Origin: an uncultured virus (IMG/VR IMGVR_UViG_3300042287_000568)
Taxonomy: Duplodnaviria; Heunggongvirae; Uroviricota; Caudoviricetes
Reading direction: 5' to 3' (one strand)
DNA: 20,000 nt
IMG/VR virus record: IMGVR_UViG_3300042287_000568
Shown here piece after piece: positions 1-8,790 of the stretch. Every line of letters starts with the position of its first letter. Position 1 is the first letter of the stretch. The translations under genes and the position numbers were made by a program. The notes under the pieces were generated by a model. It searched no databases, was not told the DNA's origin, and was given only the letters and a program-made list of their open reading frames with translations.

Positions 1-124
1 CCCAGTCCGCCCATTCTCTTGCTTGACCTTCAGAGCCGTAGTATTTAACTCCATAGTCGTCCTGAACAGCAATAGCAAACTTTTCATTACGCAACGCATC
101 AAATAGGGTAGATACTTTTTTCAT
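1..124 (-). CDS. Hypothetical protein, 5' part only (runs off window start)
   Basis: ATG at 124-122 overlaps the TGA of the 668-aa gene (ATGA coupling), with GGAG at 135-132. Open frame MKKVSTLFDALRNEKFAIAVQDDYGVKYYGSEGQAREWADW to the edge. Not in the ORF track. Confidence 0.75.
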   Translation of the reverse strand, partial: MKKVSTLFDALRNEKFAIAVQDDYGVKYYGSEGQAREWADW

Positions 125-2127
125 TTTTTGACTCCGAGGATTTCCATTAAATTTTCCCTACTACCTGCGTAGTTTTGAATTCTTGTTTCTAAAATACGCC
201 CAATAATATTTAGGTGGGCTTTTTCAGCATCAGTTAAGCGACCATCACTGTAAAGGCGATTTTTGAATTGTGTAAAGTTAAATTGTCTTGCTCTTAATAG
301 TAGAGCGTCAATCTCTCTTCTGAAGGCAAATCTTTGCTGTTGCTGCAGGTTTTGAAAATACTGTGAGTATGTTTCAGTTCTTTTTACATCCATGAATTGA
401 GAGAAGGTCAGTTTTTGACGCTCAACAATTGACACTTCATCAAGGTCCGCAAGTCCGGAAGTGAAGTTATTGGTAACAACCGGTTTCGTGTCTGTTCCAT
501 TTGAAACTGGAACTATAGAACCAGGGTCTCTGTCTCTCTGGTCTGTGAGCCAGTCGGATACAAGCATTTTTGCCACATCTTCTGGTTTGTAGTCAGAGAA
601 TTTGCGCCTGCGGTCAACCTGAAATCCTCTAATTAGAGAAGAGGCATCCTCAACTATGTATTTTCTCTTATCTCCTTCACCGACAAAGAAAACGTCTGGC
701 GACTCAAGACCAAGATGCTGCTGGATATCGCTTGCAAGTTTTTGACCAAGGTGCTCATATTTTCCAGACGAGGAATAGAGCATGTACTTATTGCCATTAG
801 GCGTTTCAAGCAATTCTCTTCTTTGGTCCAATTTTTGTCTCTTGAATACGTTTGCCTTTGTAAGTGCTTGCTGTAAAATCATTGGGTCAATTTCCGAAAG
901 TGGTCTTCCAGACATTATTTGGTCAACTGCAGCGTCAACGCTTGTTATGTTTTTTCCTACGGCGCTATTTGAGTCTGTTGCTCTTTCTGCATTGGCTAGT
1001 GGCTTCGCTTTTCTGCCCTTACCAAACAATTCATCAGCCCATCGTGGGAGTGATTTCCCACCTGCGGAAACAACTTCATTGGGGTTTTTTACATTTATGA
1101 AATTTTCTGAATAACCTATTCCGTCACCAGTTTGAGCAACCACTTCTTTTAATCGTGCAGTTGGGTCATTGGTAATGTCAATTTTTGACGCAGCATTAAC
1201 CGTGCGTCCAAGTTTTCTTCTTTCACCAACAGTTAGTTGTCTCTTCTTTTCAAGGGACAGCGTTGAGCCTCCTGGAAGAACGTACGTAAGTTTTGTTACC
1301 CCAGTATTTGAGAGGAGTCCAAGTTCTTCTCCGCCTAGTTGAGGAAGGCCCTGAACTGACAATATGTAATCAGCGCCTTCCATGTCTCTGTTGTCTGGAA
1401 TCGCTCTTAGTACCTGTGCTGGAACTACTGGTTCTAACGCAAACCCGTCTTTTCTGACCATTCTTACGACAGCCGCATCAGACTGCCCGATTTGAGAGAC
1501 AATGTTTTTTGCTGCAGCCGCGCGTGCTACTGGGTTGGGGTTTCCGACTCTCGGAATCTGGGGACGTCTTGAATCAACTATTGAATCTTGTGGAGTCTCG
1601 CCAGTGATTGGGGTTGACTGTCCTGCAATTGCTCTAGCGCCACGGGCTATTCTTCTTAGTGCTCCGATTGCCACACCAATAGCAGAAGGTATGTCAAACA
1701 GTTTTGCGCCACATGTGGAAAAACGCGAGTCGGTAAAACGACCGCCGTATTGATACCCCTCTGGGCAACGACTAGCACGATTTGCTCCACCAGTACCGCC
1801 AGGGATTCTTGGTTTTCCGGGAGTTAGGGCACCCCACGCACCAGACCTGATAGGGCTTCGTAGAGGGCTCAGGTTGCCCGGAATGGCTGCCGAACCGATG
1901 GCCTGCGCTCCTTGACCAATTGTAGAATGCGTACCAAGTATTCCGACCTTCACACTGTACTTGCGTGTCAGACCGGAGCGCTTTGCTAAAGCCTTGTAAT
2001 CTATTACGTTTTGTTGGCCGTTTAAGCGCATGGTTATTACGGGATTTACCTTACGAACCGTTTTTACGGAAAGAAGAGTAATTCTTCTTTTGACGAAATT
2101 TATTTCTCTATTGCTCAACGTCGTCAT
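121..2127 (-). CDS. 668-aa putative virion-associated multidomain protein: C-x17-C motif, possible degenerate JAB-like domain, C-terminal degenerate HipA/PI3-4-kinase-like domain
   Basis: Long ORF overlapping both neighbours. Motifs RCPEGYQYGGRFTDSRFSTC, LASDIQQHLGLESPDV and LVSDWLTDQRDRDPGSI (compare kinase DxLxxNxDRHxxN). The ORF is secure; domain labels are by eye. Confidence 0.7.
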   Translation of the reverse strand: MTTLSNREINFVKRRITLLSVKTVRKVNPVITMRLNGQQNVIDYKALAKRSGLTRKYSVKVGILGTHSTIGQGAQAIGSAAIPGNLSPLRSPIRSGAWGALTPGKPRIPGGTGGANRASRCPEGYQYGGRFTDSRFSTCGAKLFDIPSAIGVAIGALRRIARGARAIAGQSTPITGETPQDSIVDSRRPQIPRVGNPNPVARAAAAKNIVSQIGQSDAAVVRMVRKDGFALEPVVPAQVLRAIPDNRDMEGADYILSVQGLPQLGGEELGLLSNTGVTKLTYVLPGGSTLSLEKKRQLTVGERRKLGRTVNAASKIDITNDPTARLKEVVAQTGDGIGYSENFINVKNPNEVVSAGGKSLPRWADELFGKGRKAKPLANAERATDSNSAVGKNITSVDAAVDQIMSGRPLSEIDPMILQQALTKANVFKRQKLDQRRELLETPNGNKYMLYSSSGKYEHLGQKLASDIQQHLGLESPDVFFVGEGDKRKYIVEDASSLIRGFQVDRRRKFSDYKPEDVAKMLVSDWLTDQRDRDPGSIVPVSNGTDTKPVVTNNFTSGLADLDEVSIVERQKLTFSQFMDVKRTETYSQYFQNLQQQQRFAFRREIDALLLRARQFNFTQFKNRLYSDGRLTDAEKAHLNIIGRILETRIQNYAGSRENLMEILGVKK

Positions 2128-2707
2128 CCTGTTCAGAATCGTAGGGAACGGACTTGGTATTCCCCATTTCGTCTTCGCCTTCTATTTCCCAACTTGAATC
2201 GTCGGACATGGTTTTACAGAAATCTGGTTCCATCTCAGAAAAGTCACGCATCACCAAGACTGAGTGTTTTTCGTCGGCATTAGTTACTACCGAGTCTTCG
2301 TATCGTTCGGTTTCTTGTTGTAAAGATTTCTTGCTATTTCCAGCAAGTTTCCTTACTCTGTTATCAAATTGAGAGTCAGAGAAAAGAGTACCGTTTATTC
2401 CTTTTTTAATTTTCTTGCGGCAGTTTTTCATGCCAGGGTGATGACATCCCTCGTTTGGCCAAAGACCAGTAGTTTCGTGATGCAACCAAGCACAGATATT
2501 GTTCAACGGGTACAACTCTGGATGGTCGGCAAGGATGACTTTGCAACGCCTAAAGCCGCCTGGTTTTTTCATGATTGGCCGCCAATAGCGAAGAAGGCGC
2601 TCAAGATTTCCTCTTCTTGGTCCGCGACCTTTGAGTAGGTCTCCAGTAACCAGTTCCTGCGGGATTATCCCACCAAGGGGGTCTGCCTTAATGTCTCTGC
2701 TGTTCAT
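2108..2707 (-). CDS. 199-aa phage head-associated protein with Cys/His motif
   Basis: ATGA overlap with the upstream gene. GNLERLLRYW...PGGFRRC...ICAWLHHETTGLWP resembles a small domain I recall from actinophage capsid-maturation/MuF-type proteins. Acidic tail. Confidence 0.65.
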   Translation of the reverse strand: MNSRDIKADPLGGIIPQELVTGDLLKGRGPRRGNLERLLRYWRPIMKKPGGFRRCKVILADHPELYPLNNICAWLHHETTGLWPNEGCHHPGMKNCRKKIKKGINGTLFSDSQFDNRVRKLAGNSKKSLQQETERYEDSVVTNADEKHSVLVMRDFSEMEPDFCKTMSDDSSWEIEGEDEMGNTKSVPYDSEQDDDVEQ

Positions 2708-3114
2708 TGTTTACCCGTTCTGGAGCGTACTATATTTATGTTTTGCGTCTGCATCAGTGTTTTAAATTCTGTAGCACGATGATTGATTGATTTTTCTTTT
2801 GCTTTTGATTTCATTGCATCTGAGGAAAAAACAACACCAGAAGACATTCTTGGGGAAACAACCTGAGTTTTTCTTATGAAAACCCTTTCCCATTCATCGC
2901 TATTATCCCAAGACGCTCCATCCCATAAAAAATCATGAAACTTCGTTGAACGTAATGGTACTAGATTTCTGGCATTCATAGCGGTTGCCCAAAAATTAAC
3001 AACCTTTGGTTTGACGCCATCATCAAGTATTCCATCGGTTTTTTCGTCTTTTGCATCAATTACATAAAACAGTTTTTTGTCTCCAAAAACGGTCCCTACC
3101 AATACCGCTTTCAT
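2704..3114 (-). CDS. 136-aa hypothetical protein
   Basis: ATGA overlaps at both ends (3111-3114 and 2704-2707) indicate translational coupling. No recognisable motif. Confidence 0.8.
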   Translation of the reverse strand: MKAVLVGTVFGDKKLFYVIDAKDEKTDGILDDGVKPKVVNFWATAMNARNLVPLRSTKFHDFLWDGASWDNSDEWERVFIRKTQVVSPRMSSGVVFSSDAMKSKAKEKSINHRATEFKTLMQTQNINIVRSRTGKQ

Positions 3115-6100
3115 TTCTTTACAGTTTCCTTTTTGGGTTCTGCTTTTTTAGGTGCAGGAGCAATTTTGTCAATAATTGACATAACTTCTCGTCTTGCTAT
3201 CTCTCTTAGTGCGTCCTTGCCCTTTTTCTTTGTTGGAGGAGGGGTCCTCCATGTATCTTCGCTCATGATGTCAATTCCATCTTTATTCGTAAATAACACT
3301 TCATCAATGCCAAGAGATATTAGATTTTCTTTGAATTCTTCTGCAGCCTCTAGTTCGTTTAAATAAGACAGATGCTTAGGCGTATACCCTCCACCTATGG
3401 TTCCTTCACCGTCAAAGAAGTCTTTGATTTTTTCTTTTGGAACGCTTCTGTTCATAAATATCATATTTATTGAGTCTGCCCCACCAATCATACTGCTCTT
3501 GGAGACTCTTTTCTTTCTGATGTTGAATATTGACAAAGGTATTTTAATGTGCTCAACATCGTTGAGTGATATTTCACCAACTATAAACGCCTCAAATATA
3601 TCTTCGTCGTTTTTCTTTATAAGTTTTGAATAGTCTTTTGAAAGGCTTGCTTCAATAATCTCCGCTAGATATTCTTCTGCACCACTTGTTGACATAAACA
3701 TTTGTCCAAAAATTGCTGCTTGAATAATTTGTTCGTCTTCTTCGTTTATCTGTACAAAAATTCCACCATTTTTGTATGACTCTTTTCTTCCGTATCCAAT
3801 TCTTGGAGAATTTTCTGCGCGAAGCACCAATTCTATGCCTCTTCCGTAATCTGTAAATTCTTCAGAGCCAACGTGTGTTCCGTTTTTGTAAAGATTTTCT
3901 TCAACTTTTTCAATAAGTATTCCGTGTATCAACTCAATAGGCGTAAATGAAAATTCTTTAATCCCGGGGGCATTTCCAAGCATTGCGTCTCGTTTGGTTT
4001 TTAAAATCTTTAAAGATTCACTATCAACATCAATGTTTGCAATTTTTCCAGAACCAACAAATTGTTCTAATGACGATTTAGACATTGAAACACGTGCTCT
4101 TCTGTCTATGTCATTATGAATCAACACGGCTACTTCGTTAACTGCTTTTACCACTTCTTTAATAGGAGTTCCATAAATAAACTTTTTGGTATCCGCACTT
4201 ATTCCGTCATCAAAAAGACGGGTTGGTAAAGATTTGCTGTAATTATTAATTGTTGATATGAGTTTTTCTTGGTAGAGGCGCACATACTCCGATACGTCAA
4301 TATCCGTATCGTTATTTTTTATCTTCTCTAAAGTAAAGAAATTAATTCCAGCCGCTTCGCCTCTTTCCATTATTGAGTTTGATTTATCAAATACAATTTT
4401 TGAAATACCAGACATTGACTGGGGTGTTCCTGACTTGGCAACCATTTCTTGGCGCATTTTTTTAGCAGTGTCTGCTCTCAATTTTGCTGATTTTTTGATA
4501 CTTGGTTTATTGGAAGATGAGGAAACTTCTAGAGATATCTTTTCAACGTTTTTCATGTATTGTTCAGCGGACATTTGGTCAAAAATCTCTGCTTCAGGAA
4601 CTCCGTCTTCGCCAACTCCAGTAAATTTTACTTTTCCTGGGGGAAGAATCATATTGCTTGCTTTTGTTTTTCCTGCTTCAATTTTTCCTTTTGAGCCAGC
4701 AGGTACAGCAATTCTAACTTTAGTTTTCTTTCCCTGCTTTTGTTCCATAAGGGAAGTTCCGAGTTGCTTGAATTCAATGTCAACAAATGCGGACTTAAAC
4801 GGGTCAATATCTGGTGCTGGTATATCAAAAGGACTACCAGACGGAGGGAGCGAGAATGCGTCAGTTGCGTCTATTTCTTCGGAACCACCACCAAGACGAT
4901 TTCTTAATCTTCTTGCCGTTTCTCTTCCAGCACCAGTAAGTTCACGAGCCTTTTCTTTTCCGGAGGCAGCCATTGCTGATGCTTTCTCACGAGCGACGTC
5001 GGATAATTCAATACTTCTATCCTGTAGGACTGAACCAAATTCAAGAGCCTTACGTTTTGAATCGTCTGTCAAAAGTTTACCTTTGGCTGATTCTGCTAAA
5101 TTAAGTATTTCGTCTGGTAAACCTTCTGTAGCAATCCTGTCAAGACCGTATTTTTCAATTTTGTCAGCAATGTCTTGCTCAATCCATCCGCGTTCAACCA
5201 TCATTCTTAGTGCTTGCTCTGCAGCGTCACGACTTCCGCGTCGTGCTATTGGCAAGAGGGCACCGTACGGCCCTCCAATAGAAAAACCAATAGCAACTTC
5301 GCTCATTAACTGAACAACGTCTGTTCTTTCTGCATCAATTCCTGCTTTTTCAAGCAACTTTCTAGTTCTCTGGCTTGCGATAAGTCTTCCAGCAATTCCG
5401 GCCTTAGTTCTAGCGCCAGTTGTTGAAGAAAAACCTGAACTTGGAATGTTAACTTCTTCCGTGTTTGAATCTGTTATTAATTGAGCAGATGATATTTGAG
5501 GAATTTCATGTATTGAGCCAGGTGAGGTATCCTCCGGCATATCAATCTCAAGTTCAACGACCATGTCTTCTGGGATAATTGATTTATCCAATCCCGACAT
5601 AACAGGCGCTGCATTTTTAAGTTCATCGTCAGCAACTGTAGTTGGTGGTGTCAAGTTATTACGTTCAAAAACTTGTCTAACATTTTCAATATCTTCCAGA
5701 GTTGAAGTTAGTTCAGAAACGTTTTGCGGACTTAAAGATGAAATTATTCTTGGTGGATTTGTGACCGCTTCAGATAGTGCCGCAAGTTCTTGAGGATTAA
5801 GTTTTGACGCTTGTTTAATTGCAATCCCGTCAGCGCCGTCAATTTCTATTCCAACCAGAGGTTGAGGACCTGGTTTTCTTGCGGTTAGACGTGGAGGATA
5901 TGGACCATTTTCACTAATTGTAAGAATGTCATGCACTGCTGGCGCTATGCCGCGCCCAACTCTTTGAAAGAGTGATTCGTACATTTCAATTTCGGCTTGT
6001 ATTCTTTCAAGATTCAGGCTGTTTGTATCTTTGTCGTCATATTCAGAACCGTCACCAGTTGCCCTTGATACATCAACACTCCGATAGTCTTCAAATTTTT

Positions 6101-8774
6101 TTCTTGCTTCAACAGATTTGGCCTTAAACTCATTTGCACCATTTCTTAAATGTGAAACAGCATTAACAAGTTTTGATTTTTCTTCTGGGGTTAATGCTTC
6201 TCCTCTCTTTGCTTTAAGCGCTATTGCTTCAAGTTCAGGAAACGAAATACCCATCGTGTTAATAAGTTCATTAAGTAGCCGTTTTCTTTCAACTAAAGCA
6301 GGCTCTGAATAGCCGTTCTTTTTAGTTTTCATGTTTGCAATTTGTGCAAGCGTTTGCCTTAGTCCACCCTTGCCGTCTTCTCCGTACAAGAACTCATCAA
6401 TGTCTTCAAGAGTAAAACGACCCTCTTTAATCATTGTCGGAACTTTTCCATATCTGTCTCGCTCAAACGGGTCAACAGGTCCTCGTGCGCCACGACCGCC
6501 ACGACCGCTTCCTCTTCCTGGAATCACGGTAACGACCTTCCCGGCGTTCGCAGGGAGCGATGGTGCCGAACTTGGCAGCGATGGCCTAACTGGCCTTGGT
6601 GAACCACCGGGGGGTGATGGCACGATTCCACCAGATGGAGATATTGAACCAGGAGACATTGGAGGAAGTGGTGTCATCTTGTCAAGAATTGCATCCAACT
6701 CGGGGTCGTCACCTATGAGGCCGACAGATTTGTTTGCTTTTAATTCCGAGAGCGTCTCTAGTAGCGCAATGCTTCTAGAATAGTTAAAGTCTTCCCTGCT
6801 GCCTCCTCCTGTTAGTTCTTCAAGCGCCTCTTGCTGTGCTTTTTGACTGTATGCACCGGCAAGTGCATCAAAACGCTTATCAATCAAGTCTTCAATATCG
6901 GCACCAAAAACATCTCGTAATATCTCTGGTGTTGCTTTCGTTAAGAACTCGTTAGTTAATTCCATCAATTCACGGTTGTTTAAATCCTTCATGGCTACAC
7001 CAGGACTAGTTTCTGCATGGTATTGAAAAATTGCATCCATCTGACCCCAGTGGGCTCTTTCGTGAGCAGATGTTTGTGCACCAAAATCTCTCCAACCTCT
7101 TCCTTCTGTTGCCGCCAGGTCAACACTCCACAGTGCTGAATATGCCCTTAGACGCTCGTCTTTGTCCATCTCTGAAGCAACCGCTCTCCACTGGTCGTCA
7201 ATGTCTCCTCCGGTTGCTTCGTACAGGTCCATATATCCACTTGGTGGAACTCCTCCCCTAAATCCTAGAATTGCTGGTCCAGAGTTAATTAAAATAAATT
7301 CTGGCTCCGCGTATCCGTTTAGGTCGTATCTGTCCCATCGGGGAACGTTGTATTTCTCTCCGTCTGGTCCGTCTGGAATTGGTCCAGCAGTATAAATTCT
7401 TTTCTTGCCTCCGGGCAATGTGAATGTGTGTGGTTGCTCGTACGCAGCAACAAGCATGTCTTCAAATGCTCCAAGCCTAAAATCTCTTTCTCTATCTAAA
7501 GCGGCATCAACAAATCGGGTAAGCGGAGTTATTTCTCCGTTACGCTTGGCTTCTTCGTATGCTTCCAGTGCATCAGTTGCATCAATACCAAGTTTGCTGC
7601 CAATTGCCCCAATGTGTGTTTTAATAATTGCTTCTACGGCCCATTCTTCGTGGCTTTCTAAAGAGCCACCTCTAAACAAAAGTTTAAATTGATTTGGGTC
7701 CAATGGAGAGTCTGGGTCAGCAGACATTTTTTCAATTATTTGTGCAATTTTTTTATATTCATTGGGTTCTGTTATTCCATAATATTCAGCAAGAAAATTA
7801 ATTGTGTCTGCTTTTTTCTGAGCAATTTTTTCCATTCTTGACTGCGCACCCATTGTCAAGCCAGAAACTTCTCTAAGTCTTACCGCTATTTGCGATACGT
7901 AAGACATGTCGTTCCATTTATCACCGACATGAGCAATTCCAACCCGCTTTGCAAGACTGGCAAGGCCAGCAATTCCATTTTCTTTAAATGATTTTCTAAT
8001 TTCGGCGATACTTACCCCTGCAGAAGTAAGGGAGGATATTGTTTGAGACCCGCTCTGTGGTGCCTGCATTGATTGAGTTAGAGAACCAATCAAGTTACGT
8101 ACCTGGGCTACTGAAATGTCAAAACATCCTTCACCTCTGAAGTTAGTAAATCTGTTTGCTGCTGGCGTCCCAGGAGGGCATCTAAATTTTCCAAGAGCAT
8201 CAACTACCACACCGAAAGACTTTGCTGTTCGTGCAAGAAGTTTTCCGCCAGGATTTCTTTCAGCAAGCGTTGGTCCAAGAGATTTAAACTCTTGTTCAAC
8301 TCCGTAATTTTTCATTGGTTCACCAGTTTTGGGGTTTACTGGATACCTTGTTACTTTGCCTTTTGCGTTTTTTGGCTCTTGGAGTCTATTTTGATTCTCC
8401 GGATTCCTGTCAACCCATCCCCAGTTGGGAACTGGGTCGTTTGAGCGCATTGCGTTAATTCTTTCTCTTTCCGTAACCCACGGCTTAAAGAATTGGCCCT
8501 CTTGTTTTTTGGCTTCTGGGTCATAGACAAGACCATTGATGTTTATGTACTTGGATTTTCCAGCGCTTTGAAGTCCTCTTTTTTTATCTTCGGCAGGAGC
8601 ACCCGCTCCCATTGCTGCCTTAATAGAGACGTCGGCTATTAATCTTTCCGATGATGAAATAATCCTTGTTCCGGCCTTGAAAAGCAATGCAGACATATCC
8701 GCATCAAGACGCGTTGTTCTATTATTGAATCCAGGCGCGTAATGGCGAATTTTATTAATGTCCACCCCCGTCAT
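3111..8774 (-). CDS. ~1887-aa multidomain (polyvalent-type) protein: C-x17-C motif, zincin HExxH domain, split degenerate ART-like fold, C-terminal DUF3626-like region
   Basis: Start reassigned to the ATG at 8774 (MTGVDINK), 16 nt after the upstream stop, because the track start at 8906 overlaps the previous gene by 116 nt. Motifs: AHERAH (7050-7064), GLDKSIIPEDMVV, VRIAVPAGSKG...MILPPG, YGRGIELVL...FEAFIVGEISLNDVEHI. Confidence 0.7.
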   Translation of the reverse strand: MTGVDINKIRHYAPGFNNRTTRLDADMSALLFKAGTRIISSSERLIADVSIKAAMGAGAPAEDKKRGLQSAGKSKYININGLVYDPEAKKQEGQFFKPWVTERERINAMRSNDPVPNWGWVDRNPENQNRLQEPKNAKGKVTRYPVNPKTGEPMKNYGVEQEFKSLGPTLAERNPGGKLLARTAKSFGVVVDALGKFRCPPGTPAANRFTNFRGEGCFDISVAQVRNLIGSLTQSMQAPQSGSQTISSLTSAGVSIAEIRKSFKENGIAGLASLAKRVGIAHVGDKWNDMSYVSQIAVRLREVSGLTMGAQSRMEKIAQKKADTINFLAEYYGITEPNEYKKIAQIIEKMSADPDSPLDPNQFKLLFRGGSLESHEEWAVEAIIKTHIGAIGSKLGIDATDALEAYEEAKRNGEITPLTRFVDAALDRERDFRLGAFEDMLVAAYEQPHTFTLPGGKKRIYTAGPIPDGPDGEKYNVPRWDRYDLNGYAEPEFILINSGPAILGFRGGVPPSGYMDLYEATGGDIDDQWRAVASEMDKDERLRAYSALWSVDLAATEGRGWRDFGAQTSAHERAHWGQMDAIFQYHAETSPGVAMKDLNNRELMELTNEFLTKATPEILRDVFGADIEDLIDKRFDALAGAYSQKAQQEALEELTGGGSREDFNYSRSIALLETLSELKANKSVGLIGDDPELDAILDKMTPLPPMSPGSISPSGGIVPSPPGGSPRPVRPSLPSSAPSLPANAGKVVTVIPGRGSGRGGRGARGPVDPFERDRYGKVPTMIKEGRFTLEDIDEFLYGEDGKGGLRQTLAQIANMKTKKNGYSEPALVERKRLLNELINTMGISFPELEAIALKAKRGEALTPEEKSKLVNAVSHLRNGANEFKAKSVEARKKFEDYRSVDVSRATGDGSEYDDKDTNSLNLERIQAEIEMYESLFQRVGRGIAPAVHDILTISENGPYPPRLTARKPGPQPLVGIEIDGADGIAIKQASKLNPQELAALSEAVTNPPRIISSLSPQNVSELTSTLEDIENVRQVFERNNLTPPTTVADDELKNAAPVMSGLDKSIIPEDMVVELEIDMPEDTSPGSIHEIPQISSAQLITDSNTEEVNIPSSGFSSTTGARTKAGIAGRLIASQRTRKLLEKAGIDAERTDVVQLMSEVAIGFSIGGPYGALLPIARRGSRDAAEQALRMMVERGWIEQDIADKIEKYGLDRIATEGLPDEILNLAESAKGKLLTDDSKRKALEFGSVLQDRSIELSDVAREKASAMAASGKEKARELTGAGRETARRLRNRLGGGSEEIDATDAFSLPPSGSPFDIPAPDIDPFKSAFVDIEFKQLGTSLMEQKQGKKTKVRIAVPAGSKGKIEAGKTKASNMILPPGKVKFTGVGEDGVPEAEIFDQMSAEQYMKNVEKISLEVSSSSNKPSIKKSAKLRADTAKKMRQEMVAKSGTPQSMSGISKIVFDKSNSIMERGEAAGINFFTLEKIKNNDTDIDVSEYVRLYQEKLISTINNYSKSLPTRLFDDGISADTKKFIYGTPIKEVVKAVNEVAVLIHNDIDRRARVSMSKSSLEQFVGSGKIANIDVDSESLKILKTKRDAMLGNAPGIKEFSFTPIELIHGILIEKVEENLYKNGTHVGSEEFTDYGRGIELVLRAENSPRIGYGRKESYKNGGIFVQINEEDEQIIQAAIFGQMFMSTSGAEEYLAEIIEASLSKDYSKLIKKNDEDIFEAFIVGEISLNDVEHIKIPLSIFNIRKKRVSKSSMIGGADSINMIFMNRSVPKEKIKDFFDGEGTIGGGYTPKHLSYLNELEAAEEFKENLISLGIDEVLFTNKDGIDIMSEDTWRTPPPTKKKGKDALREIARREVMSIIDKIAPAPKKAEPKKETVKK

Positions 8775-8790
8775 ACGGGCCACGCTTTCT

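Noticed and set aside
4435..5313. 292-aa plus-strand ORF and the many other short ORFs nested in or antisense to the long genes
   Set aside because: They lie within long, motif-bearing minus-strand genes, and many have the Ser/Phe/Leu-rich composition expected of antisense shadows of Glu/Lys/Asp-rich genes. None has a recognisable motif.
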